From Deltaproteobacteria bacterium (GTDB taxonomy: Bacteria; Myxococcota_A; Polyangia; Polyangiales; Houyiibacteriaceae), in assembly GCA_034670305.1 (NCBI GenBank), contig JAXMNT010000035.1, positions 16,834 to 80,833 on the forward strand: 64,000 nucleotides of DNA, given 5' to 3'. The position numbers were made by a program, and so were the translations under genes. Shown here one piece after another: positions 40,580-55,614 of this stretch (positions are counted from its first letter, which is position 1; each line of letters begins with the position of its first letter). Under the pieces are notes generated by a model. That model was not told the DNA's origin. It did not search any database and saw only the letters and a list, made by a program, of their open reading frames with translations.

Positions 40580-41140
40580 ATGCGCGTTCCGTTGATCCTA
40601 TTTCTGGCAGGCTGCTCAGCCCAAACGTTCTGGCCGACCACGCCAGGGACCATCGCCTTTGAGTCCGACGAGTTCACCGGCGGCGAGTCGCTTGAACTGG
40701 ATGGGATGCAGGTCTTCATCAGCGGCGCGGGCCACACTTCCATCGGCATCTCGATCCCGAAACGGGAGGGAGACGGGGTGGTGCCCGCACTCATCAGCTT
40801 CGCCCGGATTGGAGGCCGGTGGCGCTACCTGACCTGCCACCAGTGGGACGTGATCATCGACGAAAGTCGCAGCGCGTTTCAGACCACCCACGATGGCCAT
40901 GTCGGTAGTGGCGGGGTGTCAGAACTGGTCTCCGCACCCACATCCATCGCCACCCTCGAGGCCATGTCGAACGCGGGGACGGTTCGAATGCGAGTCTGCC
41001 AAGATGTCTTTGAGCTCGACCCGAGCCAGCGCGAAGCGATCGGCCGCTTCGTCACCGCATGGCGCACGGGCTCGGTACCGGCAGCTCCCGCACCACGCAG
41101 TGAGGAGCGCCGGCGGACCAGTTCGATGCCAGCGTTCTAG
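40580..41140 (+). CDS. Hypothetical lipoprotein
   Basis: MRVPLILFLAGC lipobox; globular-looking composition. Confidence 0.6.
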   Translation: MRVPLILFLAGCSAQTFWPTTPGTIAFESDEFTGGESLELDGMQVFISGAGHTSIGISIPKREGDGVVPALISFARIGGRWRYLTCHQWDVIIDESRSAFQTTHDGHVGSGGVSELVSAPTSIATLEAMSNAGTVRMRVCQDVFELDPSQREAIGRFVTAWRTGSVPAAPAPRSEERRRTSSMPAF

Positions 41141-41242
41141 GAAGGGCATATTCGTTGGTCGGAGAACGCGGCTTCACCAAACGGCACAATGATAGGCGCC
41201 TCCCACGTGACACCCGCGTACAGATGGTTAGAGGTCTGCTCA

Positions 41243-42991
41243 ATGGAGAACGATCTCGACTGGGAAGAGCTTGTGGAGTCCGCTTCGGAGCAGACCTGCG
41301 AATGTTACGCCGAAGTGGTCGGAGCTTGGCTGAATGAGGAGGTACCACGCCCAGACCTGAGCGAGTGGGCTCCGCTGATCCCCGTACTTCAAGTCTGGAA
41401 CAACCTATCGAAAGATCAGGAGGACCCTTTCGGACCCGTGAGCTTCTCTCAGATTCCAGGATCTCTACTTGTCAGTCTTACAGCCAAAGGTGCTCCCTGC
41501 TGCCCACCGGACGTCAGGGCTCGGCTGATTCACTTGGCTTGGCATCGAAGGCTGTGTAGTCATAGCCTGGTTCAAGATGGCGTGGAGGCATATCTTGAAT
41601 CGGCGAAGTGCCTCCTAAACCACGACTCGTGGCTTACACCATTCGCGCGCTTCAAAGGAGCCCTCGACCTGGGGTGCTCACTTCGTGATAGCCCAGCTGC
41701 CGACACGGCGGTTCAAGGGGTTGAAGACGCTATCCGCACTCTCTACCCTGATGATCCGCTGTACTTCCTGCTTAGGTTGCAGCAACTCTTGCTGGACCAC
41801 CGCCGGGGCAATCCCGTAGAGATGCTCGAGACTTGTATCGACATGGCGGCTCGGGCGCGCGCCAACTACGAGGCACACGGTATTGGGCCTAATGGTCTTG
41901 AGTCGGACCGGGAGCTGGCCTACCTTGAGACGGCACTAGCTTGGGCCCATCGGGCGAAAGAAGAACAGCGAGCAGTGGGGCTCCAAAGAGAGTTGGGCGA
42001 AGCATACGCGCGCAGAGCGCACGGCGTGATCGAAGCAAACTGGCCCAGCCGCTACTCCGTCGCTGAGCACTTCCTCGAGAAGGCCATTCAATCTCATCGA
42101 GTTGCTGGTGCCTCGAGTAGAATCGAAGACCTGCGTGGGGAGCGGGAACGTATTCAGCGCCAGGCTGTCGCCGAGATGGGAGCATTCTCGTTCAGTGTTG
42201 ACTTGGGTGATACCCCGGACTCGGCACGCGGCCATGTGTCAAGCCTCCCGCTGGAAGCCGCCTTGCTTCGACTTGTTGCCCAACGCTCTCCGCCGACAAG
42301 CTCCAGGTTGGATCACGAAGTTCGTTTACACGGAGCTCGTGCACACCAACTCTTCCCTACAGTTCGACTGGGTCCGCGTGGAACCAAACAGGTATCACGA
42401 GGCAGCCTGCTCGATGCTACGGAGACTGAATGGGCGGCAGAACGACTGCGTGAGGCACACCTTCAACAGCAGATTAACGCTATTTCATTCATTGAACCTG
42501 CGCTCGATCAGATCGCACGAGAGCACTTGCTAGACTCTAGAGTGTGGCTACATGTTCTAGTGGGCAGCGAGTTTGTATCTCCCCCGAGACGCACCTCATA
42601 TGCCCGCGGATTGGCGTCTGGTGTTCGCCAGGAGTGGGACACGTCTGCGGCTATTCTAGTGCCGCAGTTCGAGCATGGTCTGCGCGAACTATTTTCGCGA
42701 ACAGGAATCGTGACTACCACGCTCCCTGGCAGTGGGATTCAGAACGAGCTCGACCTAAACAAGATGCTCACGCACCCGCGTGTCGGAGAGGTTCTCTCAG
42801 AAGAGTGGGCGCTTGATCTTCAAGCACTTCTGACTGAGAAGGCGGGAGCCAACCTACGCAACGATCTTGCTCACGGAATCCTAGATGATGATGCAAAGAT
42901 CGCCGCCAAGATCTACCTCTGGTGGATCTGCCTGCACTTCGCACTCTGCCGAGATCACACCGTGGCACCTCTGTCATGTGAAGACGAATAG
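41243..42991 (+). CDS. DUF4209-family protein with C-terminal HEPN-type RxxxxH motif (putative RNase)
   Basis: Long helical N-terminus; ILVPQFEHGLR, GIQNE, LLTEKAGANLRNDLAHG, IYLWW; atypical lower-GC codon usage. Confidence 0.82.
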   Translation: MENDLDWEELVESASEQTCECYAEVVGAWLNEEVPRPDLSEWAPLIPVLQVWNNLSKDQEDPFGPVSFSQIPGSLLVSLTAKGAPCCPPDVRARLIHLAWHRRLCSHSLVQDGVEAYLESAKCLLNHDSWLTPFARFKGALDLGCSLRDSPAADTAVQGVEDAIRTLYPDDPLYFLLRLQQLLLDHRRGNPVEMLETCIDMAARARANYEAHGIGPNGLESDRELAYLETALAWAHRAKEEQRAVGLQRELGEAYARRAHGVIEANWPSRYSVAEHFLEKAIQSHRVAGASSRIEDLRGERERIQRQAVAEMGAFSFSVDLGDTPDSARGHVSSLPLEAALLRLVAQRSPPTSSRLDHEVRLHGARAHQLFPTVRLGPRGTKQVSRGSLLDATETEWAAERLREAHLQQQINAISFIEPALDQIAREHLLDSRVWLHVLVGSEFVSPPRRTSYARGLASGVRQEWDTSAAILVPQFEHGLRELFSRTGIVTTTLPGSGIQNELDLNKMLTHPRVGEVLSEEWALDLQALLTEKAGANLRNDLAHGILDDDAKIAAKIYLWWICLHFALCRDHTVAPLSCEDE

Positions 42992-43134
42992 TAGCATGGT
43001 GGGAATCAAACTTGCGGCGACCAAAGGCGGATCGAAGTTGCTCTCACCCAATCATCATCCACAGGTTAGGCACAGCACATCGCGATTCCAAGCTAGGAAT
43101 TGTCGAGTCTAGTGGCATCGATGGCCATTTGTCG

Positions 43135-44172
43135 ATGACGCTCATCGCACTAGTTCCGCTTGGCAACGTCCCAGTCCTTATATCGGACGTCGTACTATCC
43201 GCGAAGTTTACGCCCAAGCAACTTCACTTGCCGACACAGGGCGCTGTCGTGCCCCAGCACCGGACAGTGGCTCAGCCGGTCGGTGTATCACGGAAGATCG
43301 TTTGGAAGGACCGCAACAGCATCATCGCGTTCTCCGGGCCCTATCGCGAAGCACTACGGCTCCGCAAGCGAGTATCTTCTTTGCAGGACAGGAGCCCAAA
43401 ACGAATAGTCCAGGAACTAACCAACGCAAGGCTGCGGTCCCTACCTGGTCTTAGCATCGTGGGAATGGTCCGTGATCGTGACGGATGGTTCGGCTTCGGT
43501 AGCGGGCCGGACGCTTGGTCACATGCCAGTCCGGATGGAACAATCCACGTGGCCGGTTCGGGCAGATATGGACTTCTGTCCCTGCTCAGTTCCCTCTCAA
43601 GAACAGGAGGGTTCCTCTCTCGTGCGAGCGTGCTCCACGCGGCACTCTTCCTTGGCGACTCCCTCTGCAACTTTTCCCAATCTCAACTCGCCGGGGGAGC
43701 GTACGAGGCGTGGTACCCGTGTAACGGTAAAATTGTTCCGTTGGCTAACCACAACATCGTCCTCGGAGTTGGCCGAGCGAATACTGTGCACTTCTCCATT
43801 CTTCATAATATTCGGTACTACAAGGGGTGGCTCTGTGCGCGTACAGTTGCATTGTGCTCGGGGCAAGGTGGTGACCTGGCACTGGCCAAGGGCACCACAC
43901 ACGTGATCTCGTATCCGAATGTCCACCTGCCGCGAAGCCACCGGAAACGCATCGCAGAACAGCCTTTTCTTCAGGAAACCCCCTTGCAGACGACCGGCCT
44001 AGCCGTTTTTGATGAGGATGAACGCCTTAAAGGGACCCTTTTCATGGGAGGAGGCAAGAGTTCGTCGAACTCCATCTTTCTACACGAACACCGTGGCGGA
44101 GTTCTCGTGACCGTTCCGCACTCATTTCTAGCATCGTACCGGGCTGGCATCGGTCGTATTCTGACCAGCTAG
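43135..44172 (+). CDS. Hypothetical protein with proteasome-beta/Ntn-hydrolase-like motifs
   Basis: M-T1-LIAL...ISD17, RKI, IIAFSG, VAGSG, AGGAYE. Confidence 0.6.
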   Translation: MTLIALVPLGNVPVLISDVVLSAKFTPKQLHLPTQGAVVPQHRTVAQPVGVSRKIVWKDRNSIIAFSGPYREALRLRKRVSSLQDRSPKRIVQELTNARLRSLPGLSIVGMVRDRDGWFGFGSGPDAWSHASPDGTIHVAGSGRYGLLSLLSSLSRTGGFLSRASVLHAALFLGDSLCNFSQSQLAGGAYEAWYPCNGKIVPLANHNIVLGVGRANTVHFSILHNIRYYKGWLCARTVALCSGQGGDLALAKGTTHVISYPNVHLPRSHRKRIAEQPFLQETPLQTTGLAVFDEDERLKGTLFMGGGKSSSNSIFLHEHRGGVLVTVPHSFLASYRAGIGRILTS

Positions 44173-44337
44173 GATAGGCACCGTCAAATGCCTAGTCAGG
44201 TCTGCCGCTGCGGAACCATCGAGGCGCCGCTTGGGTGCTGACAGCGACGCCAGCAGCTTCCACCTCTCCGCAGTTCTGCAAGACCAGTTCGCAGAACTGC
44301 ACCTGGCCCGGGCCGCGTCCTCAGCCATGGTCGAGGC

Positions 44338-45396
44338 ATGAGACGACTGGCCTTGCTGTGTGGGTGGTGCGTGGCGTGTGGCTCCTCTCCTGTGGACGGG
44401 CCGGACGCGGGCGCCGAAGTCGATGCGTTCGCGGCGGACGACGCGGCCATCGAAGACGCGTCCACGCCAGACGCCGGCCCTGCCGACGACGCGGGGTTCG
44501 ACCCCGCCTTCGCCGGCCGCTACCCGCTGACCGCGCAGTTCCCCGAAGGCGGGACCTACGACGACTCCGAACGGGCGTTCTTCGTGGGCAGCCTCGGCAC
44601 GGGCGATGTGTTTCGGATCGATGCGGAGACTGGGGAAGAGACGCTGTTCTACGAGGCGACCGATCCGGGGCTCTACTGGACGCTGGGGCTCGACGTGGAC
44701 GAGGCGCGCGGCCGGCTGGTGGTGTGTGCGATGGAGGATCTGCGCGAGGTGGGCGATGGGGATCCGGCCAACGCGGGGTACGTGTGGTCGCTTGATCTCG
44801 AGACCGGGGAGCGGCTTTCGGTGCATGCGCTCGGCGATGCGTTCGAGACGGCGACGTGTACCGATGTGGCGGTCGCGGCCGATGGCACGATCTACGTGTG
44901 CGACCGAGAACACCCAAACGTGTACCGGATCGATCCGGAGGGGACGCTCTCGATGTTCGTCTCGGACGATCTGCTCGCAGGCGGCGTGGTCGGACAGAAC
45001 GCGCTGGTGCTTCTGCCGGACGAGAGCGCGCTCTTGAGTCTGGTGTATCTGTCGTCGCGGCTGGTTTACATCCGGCTCGACGACGGCGCAGTGCGCGAAG
45101 TCGAGATCGACGGCGACTTCGCGGACCGGACGCCGGTGCTCAGCGGCGCCGACGGCATGACCTACGTGGACGGCGGGTTGCTCGTGGCGTTCACGAGCCA
45201 GTTCAACCGGGTCACGCCGGTGCTCGCGGACTGGAGCCAAGCGACGACGGTCGCCATCGATGTGCCCGAAGGCATGACCGATGTGGTGGCGACGCCGGGC
45301 GGCAACTACCTGCTCAACGGACAGGCGGTGCACTTCGCGTTCGACCGCACCCCGGAACCGTTCGCGCTGGTGCGGTTCGAAGGCCGCTTCGAGTGA
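44338..45396 (+). CDS. SMP-30/gluconolactonase/LRE-like beta-propeller lipoprotein
   Basis: CVAC lipobox; FPEGGTYD, LGLDVD, DVAVAADGTIYV, GADGM. Confidence 0.82.
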   Translation: MRRLALLCGWCVACGSSPVDGPDAGAEVDAFAADDAAIEDASTPDAGPADDAGFDPAFAGRYPLTAQFPEGGTYDDSERAFFVGSLGTGDVFRIDAETGEETLFYEATDPGLYWTLGLDVDEARGRLVVCAMEDLREVGDGDPANAGYVWSLDLETGERLSVHALGDAFETATCTDVAVAADGTIYVCDREHPNVYRIDPEGTLSMFVSDDLLAGGVVGQNALVLLPDESALLSLVYLSSRLVYIRLDDGAVREVEIDGDFADRTPVLSGADGMTYVDGGLLVAFTSQFNRVTPVLADWSQATTVAIDVPEGMTDVVATPGGNYLLNGQAVHFAFDRTPEPFALVRFEGRFE

Positions 45397-45438
45397 GTGG
45401 CGCCGCATTCTAGGGTTACTGCGCAAGCGACGGACGGC

Positions 45439-45504
45439 TTGACACGATGCGTCAATATGGCATGGTGTTAGGCATACCGCGACCATGACCTAATATTGTT
45501 AGGT
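45439..45504 (+). promoter_or_regulatory. Putative gltBD promoter with two palindromes
   Basis: TTGACA -35 inside TTGAC-N7-GTCAA (45439-45455); second near-palindrome ACCTAATA-T-TGTTAGGT (45488-45504). Confidence 0.5.
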
Positions 45505-45568
45505 TTCGGCTCGCATCCACCGTTGTTTCTGCGGGCCGACCCACGGGCGGCCACGCCCTGGAGTTCGA

Positions 45569-50160
<4,592 letters not shown>

Positions 50161-50161
<1 letters not shown>

Positions 50162-51813
50162 TGGATGGCACTTCGCCCGAGCGTCCCGAAGACATGGCGG
50201 ACGTGGCACCCGACCTCGAATCGGTGCAGGAGAGTCTGGATGCTGCGTCGCCCGATCTCGCGCTCCCCCACGTCGAAGGCCTCGGTGCGCTTTCTGGCGG
50301 GCCCGGTCGCCCGGCCTCGGTGGACTCCGTCGTGAGCGATCCGGTGAAAGAAGAGAAGAAGGCGCCCAAGAAGGAACGCGCCTTCATGGCGTACGCGCGC
50401 AAACCGGTACCGATGGTCGACCCGGCCCAGCGCATCTCCACCTGGGGCGAGCTGCATCTGCCGGTGCTCGCGGAGCATCTGCACGAACAGTCCGCGCGCT
50501 GTATGGATTGCGGCGTGCCCTTCTGTCAGTCGGACACCGGCTGCCCGCTCGACAACCGGATCCCGGAGTTCAACGAGCTCGTGTACCGCGAGAAGTGGGA
50601 AGAGGCGTCCGAGCGGCTGCACTCCACCAACAACTTCCCGGAGTTCACCGGCCGGGTGTGTCCCGCCCCGTGCGAAGGCGCGTGTGTGCTCGGCCACGTG
50701 GAGAAGCCAGTCACCATCGAAGACATCGAGCGGGAGATCGCCGAGCGCGCGTTCGACGAAGGCTGGATCGTCGCGGAGCCGCCGGAAGAAGAGACCGGCC
50801 GTTCGGTCGGCATCATCGGCTCCGGACCGGCGGGGCTCGCGGCCGCGCAGCAACTCAGGCGGCGCGGGCACCGGGTCACCGTGTACGAACGCGCGGACCG
50901 GGTCGGGGGACTGCTGACCTACGGCATCCCGAACATGAAACTCGACAAGGGCGTCGTGGATCGCCGGGTCCGCCAGCTCGAAGAAGAGGGTGTGCGCTTC
51001 TGGACCGGGCTCGAGATCGGCGTCGACGAACCGGCCGCCGCCGTGCGCAGCGCCCACGACGCGCTCCTGCTCGCGGTCGGATCCACCCGCCCGCGCGATC
51101 TTCCGGTCGATGGCCGAGACAGCGGCGGCATCCATTTCGCGATGGACTACCTGACCGAGTCCACCAAGGCGCTGCTCGATGGGCGCGACTCGATCGAAGC
51201 ACTGCATGCGGCGGGCAAGAAGGTCGTGGTCATCGGCGGCGGAGACACCGGCACCGACTGCATCGCGACCGCGCTGCGGCAGAAGTGTGCGTCACTCACC
51301 ACCTTCGAGCTGATGGACAAACCGCCCGAGTCGAGGGGGCGGGACAACCCTTGGCCCGAGTGGCCGCGCGTCTTCCGCGTCGACTACGGCCACGCCGAAG
51401 CGCGCGCGTTGACCGGCAAGGATCCGCGCGCGTTCGGGGTGCTCAGCAAACGGTTCCTCTCGAACGACGAGGGCCAGGTCTGCGGCATCGAGACCGTGCA
51501 CGTGCGCTGGGCGAAGGACGAGAGCGGCCGCTACCAGATGGAAGAAGTCGCTGGCAGCGAAGAGACCATCGAAGCGGACTTGGTGTTGCTCGCGATGGGT
51601 TTCGTCGGGCCGGAGAAGACCCTGCTCGAAGCGCTCGAACTCGAATCCGACGCGCGCGGCAATGTCGTGGCCGACGACAAGAAGTTCGCCACCAACCTGC
51701 AAGGCGTGTTCGCCGCCGGGGACTGCCGACGCGGTCAGTCCCTCGTCGTCTGGGCGATCGCCGAAGGCCGCGAAGCCGCCCTCGCGATCGACGCCTACCT
51801 GCACTCGCTGTAA
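50161..51813 (+). CDS. gltD: Glutamate synthase small subunit
   Basis: ARCMDCGVPFC, NNFPEFTGRVCPAPCE, GSGPAG, GGGDTGTDC, GDCRRGQSLVVWAIAEGR; TGATG coupling. Confidence 0.97.
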
Positions 51814-51949
51814 GACCCTTGCCCTGCTCGGGGTTTGGAGACGCATCGCAGGCGAGAAGCGAACTCATTGCGGCACGGACACGGCGCGCCCCACGCGGTG
51901 CCGATCCGCGCCCCTCCCCGCCCGACTGAACCGGTAGACTCCGCGGCGC

Positions 51950-54088
51950 GTGTTCCGCCTTCCCGCCATCGTCATCGTGGTCGTCGCTCTGGTCGCGGCC
52001 ATGGCCTTGCCGGATCTCGAACTCGACTTCGATCCCCGCGCGCTCGTGCTCGGGGACGGCGAACCGATGGAGGCGCCGCTGGTGGTGCTCTTCTCCGCGG
52101 AGGACGTGCTCTCGGAAGAAGCGGTCGAAGCCCAGCACCAGCTCTTGCGCCGCATCCAACGTTCGCCCGACGTCGCGCGCGTCGTCGGCATGACCTCGGT
52201 CGACTGGCCGCGCCCCGCTCCACTCGAAGTCGAGGGCGACACCGAAGCGATGGTCTCCCTGATCGAATCGGCGCCGAACGCGTTTCCGGACGGTCTCGCC
52301 GGCATCGGCGCACGCACCGGCGGCCCGCTCGTACGTGCCCCGATGGTGGTGGGGGAGTCACCCACCGCGGACGAACTCGAACGACTCCGAAGCGGCGCCG
52401 ATGTGCTCACGCCGCGGCTGCTCTCCGCGGACCGAACCACAGCCCTGCTCGCCGTCTTCTTGAACGACGGCGCGGACCCCGCCCGGCTCGCTTCGATGAT
52501 CGAAGGCTGGGACGAACGCGCCTCGGTCACGGGCCTGCCGCTGCTCGAGCGCGGGCTCGCGCGGGCCATGGGCAACGATCCGATCTGGGTTCCGCTACTC
52601 GCCGCGCTCGCCAACGTACTGGTGCTGCTCTGGGGATTTCGCTCCGCGCGGGGGGTGGTGGTGCCGCTCGCGGCCGCGGGCCTGTCGCTCACCATCTTCC
52701 TCGGACTGCGCGCGTGGTTCGGCGTGCCGATGTCGTTGCTCGGCGTGGTGCTGCCGCCGCTCATCCTCACCCTCTGCGTCAGCGACGCGGTCCATTTGAT
52801 CGCCCGCTACGAAGCACTCCGCCTCACGCACGGCAAGGTCGAGTCGGTGCTGCACGCGCGCCGGGACGTATGGGTGGCGTGTGTGGCGACCTCGCTCACC
52901 ACCGTGCTCGGGTTCGGGAGCTTCGCGTTCGCGCGCCACCAAGCGATGCGGCAACTCGCGGCCGACGCCGCCATCGGGGTGGCTGTCGCCGTGTTGGTGA
53001 CCCTGTTCTGGGTGCCGGTGCTGTTGCCTCTTTTTCGAGCCGGACGGCCGCAGCCCAAACGGGTCGACTCCATCGCGCGCTGGGCGATTCGGCGCCCGTC
53101 GGCAGCGGTCTACGTAGTGTTGGCATTCGCTCTTGGAGCGTGCGCCCTCGCCACGACGGTCCCTGTGCGTTCGTATTTGCTCGACCCCCTTGGAGACGAC
53201 GCCATGGTCGAGACCGCGCGGCGCATCGACGAAGCGCACGGCGGGTTGCGAAGCATGCGCCTCGAAGTCCCCACCGAAGACTTCGCCATCATGCGAGGAC
53301 GGGCTCTCGAGCGTCACATCGTGCGCAGCGTGCATCTACCGGCTGTCGACCCGGTTTGGCACGCGTGGTCGGTGTTCACCGACGCACCTCTTCCCATCGA
53401 CCCCGCCACGCTCGAAGCCACCGCACGCGTGTCGTTGTCGCCGCCGATCGGTCCAACGACCACGATCGAGGTGGGTCTGCCCGCGTCGGTGGGGAGCGAC
53501 CAGATCCTGTCGTTCGGACGAAGCATGCAGTCCGCGGGCGCCGTGGTCTCCGGCGAAGCCTTCGTGACCTCCGAGGGGCTCGAGACGTTGACCCGAGACC
53601 TCGCGATCGGGCTCGGTTTCGCGCTCCTCGGCGTGCTGCTGCTCTTCCTCTACCTCGTGGGTTCACCAGCCCTGGCGCTCATGAGTCTCGTTCCCAACCT
53701 GTTGCCGCTCGTGGCCGTGGGTGGATGGATGGGGCTGCGGGGCATGTCGCTCGACGCGAGCAGCGCGCTCGTCTTCGCGGTCGCGTTCGGCCTCTCGGTG
53801 GACGGGACGATCCATCTCTTGCTGCGCCACAAGCAGATGCGTCGGCGCGCCTCGAACGTGCGCGCCGTGGTGGAGACGATGCGCTCGTCCGGCCGGGCAG
53901 TGGTCATCGGCACCCTCACGTTGGCCGGCGGGTTTCTCGCATTGCTCGCCAGCGGATTCGCGCCGCTCCGAGTCTTCGCGGAACTGTCACTGGTGGCGAT
54001 GGGCGCCGCGCTGGCGGCCGAACTCCTGCTCATGCCCGGCCTGCTCCTGCAGTTCGGCTCCGGTAACGGCCGCCGACGGGCGCCGTAG
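51950..54088 (+). CDS. MMPL/RND-family membrane transporter
   Basis: Two TM repeats; VSDAVHL, TSLTTVLGF, GLSVDGTIH, TLAGGF. Confidence 0.85.
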   Translation: MFRLPAIVIVVVALVAAMALPDLELDFDPRALVLGDGEPMEAPLVVLFSAEDVLSEEAVEAQHQLLRRIQRSPDVARVVGMTSVDWPRPAPLEVEGDTEAMVSLIESAPNAFPDGLAGIGARTGGPLVRAPMVVGESPTADELERLRSGADVLTPRLLSADRTTALLAVFLNDGADPARLASMIEGWDERASVTGLPLLERGLARAMGNDPIWVPLLAALANVLVLLWGFRSARGVVVPLAAAGLSLTIFLGLRAWFGVPMSLLGVVLPPLILTLCVSDAVHLIARYEALRLTHGKVESVLHARRDVWVACVATSLTTVLGFGSFAFARHQAMRQLAADAAIGVAVAVLVTLFWVPVLLPLFRAGRPQPKRVDSIARWAIRRPSAAVYVVLAFALGACALATTVPVRSYLLDPLGDDAMVETARRIDEAHGGLRSMRLEVPTEDFAIMRGRALERHIVRSVHLPAVDPVWHAWSVFTDAPLPIDPATLEATARVSLSPPIGPTTTIEVGLPASVGSDQILSFGRSMQSAGAVVSGEAFVTSEGLETLTRDLAIGLGFALLGVLLLFLYLVGSPALALMSLVPNLLPLVAVGGWMGLRGMSLDASSALVFAVAFGLSVDGTIHLLLRHKQMRRRASNVRAVVETMRSSGRAVVIGTLTLAGGFLALLASGFAPLRVFAELSLVAMGAALAAELLLMPGLLLQFGSGNGRRRAP

Positions 54089-54167
54089 TGGGTTTCATGA
54101 TTCGTTGGTCCGTCGCCCTTGCTCGAGACCCCAACCGCCACTGGGCCGAGATGCTGCGCGGTTCGAG

Positions 54168-54929
54168 ATGATGGGCTGGCGCTGGATGATCACTGCGCTG
54201 CTGCTGTTCGCGAGCGCGACCGTGGGTGCGCAACCCGCGGACGCGGCCGACCCGGAGGCGAGCGCCGCTCCCGAACCGTCGGAGCCGCCCGCGGCAAACC
54301 CGCGTTCGGACCCCTGGCATGCTTACCAGAGCGAGCGGTTCCGACTCGACGTCGCGCTCGGCTTCCACCGCTTCGAACAACAAGTCAAAGCCGAGATCGG
54401 TGGCGAAGCGGGCGTGCCGCTCGTGGAGGAGACGGCGGGCGCGCTCGGACTCGAGGCGACCTACAACGTCTGGAAGTTCTTGCGGTTCGGCCTCTTCGCG
54501 CAGCTCGACGTCGGCTCGCGCTACGCCACGCGTTTCGATCGCATCGAAGACGGCGCACCGATCGTCGAAGAACGCACCGGCGGTCGGTACACCGAGATCT
54601 GGCTCGGTCCCATGGTCCGCTTTCAGTGGCGCGGGCTCTTCGCCCAGGTCGGGTACGGCGCGCTCGGGCTGCGCAGCGACACCGCGCGCGACGACCTGCC
54701 TGGCGAGGACGGACGCACCGACGGATGGTTGCGGGTGTCGCCGCGCATCGCCTGGCGGTTCGGGGTGGGCGTGTTCGCGCCCATCCGCGACGACCTCGAT
54801 GTGGTGCTCCGGGTGGACTACCGCGTGCGCTACTACGTCACGCGAAACGGCGAGCCGCTCGCGGACGACTTGGTGCACGGCACCCAGGATCTCACACCGT
54901 TTCTGGGCGTCAGCTGGCACCCGCGCTGA
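54168..54929 (+). CDS. Probable outer-membrane beta-barrel protein
   Basis: Signal peptide, alternating amphipathic strands, terminal PFLGVSWHPR. Confidence 0.6.
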   Translation: MMGWRWMITALLLFASATVGAQPADAADPEASAAPEPSEPPAANPRSDPWHAYQSERFRLDVALGFHRFEQQVKAEIGGEAGVPLVEETAGALGLEATYNVWKFLRFGLFAQLDVGSRYATRFDRIEDGAPIVEERTGGRYTEIWLGPMVRFQWRGLFAQVGYGALGLRSDTARDDLPGEDGRTDGWLRVSPRIAWRFGVGVFAPIRDDLDVVLRVDYRVRYYVTRNGEPLADDLVHGTQDLTPFLGVSWHPR

Positions 54930-54944
54930 AGCGGCGGTCCTCGC

Positions 54945-55380
54945 GACAGCGGAAGCGGTCGCGGTCCTGGAAGCGGTAGCGGAAGCGGAAGCGGAAGCGG
55001 AAGCGGAAGCGGAAGCGGTCGCGGTCGCGGAAGCGGTCGCGGAAGGGGCAGCGGAAGCGGATGCGGGGGCGGAAGCGGAGCCGTGACAGAAGTGGCGGCG
55101 CCGAAGCCAAAGCCGAAGCCGAAGCCGATCCCGAATCCGATCCCGAAGCCGATCCCGAATCCGAATCCGAATCCGAATCCGAAGCCGAAGCCGAAGCCGA
55201 AGCCGAAGCCGAAGCCGAAGCCGAGGCCGAAGCCGAAGCCGAATCCGAAGCCGAATCCGAAGCCGAAGCCGAAGCAGAAGCCGAAGCAGTGTCCGAAGCA
55301 GAAGCAGAAGCAGAAGCAGAAGCAGTGTCCGAAGCAGAAGCAGGGGCCGTGGCGGCGGCAGAAGCAGAAGCCGAAGCCGT
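54945..55380. repeat. Intergenic bipartite hexamer array: GCGGAA/GCGGTC, then GCCGAA/TCCGAA/GCAGAA
   Basis: Period-6 repeats directly visible. Confidence 0.92.
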
Positions 55381-55409
55381 GGCGGCGGCAGACGATCGTG
55401 TCGCCCTGA

Positions 55410-55614
55410 CGTGCACCTGCGCAGGCCGCAGGCCGAGCAACTGGTGCACTCCCCAATCGATCCCCGAGAGCGCCAATAGGAGCGCCTGCACGCCGCGCAG
55501 CCGCAGTTGGTCCAATGGCTTCTTCAGTGCACCAATCGATTGGCGGCGAGCACGTGCAGGTGCGACGGGCGCGTGCATAGGGCCGCCAGTCTCGCGAAGC
55601 GAGCCAGGCCCGTA
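55410..55614. repeat. Dispersed modular repeat (modules A and C)
   Basis: 55410-55487 matches 61384-61459; 55541-55614 matches 61625-61698. Confidence 0.85.

Noticed and set aside
39978-44200. Prophage or integrative element
   Set aside because: No integrase, transposase, phage structural genes or flanking direct repeats recognised
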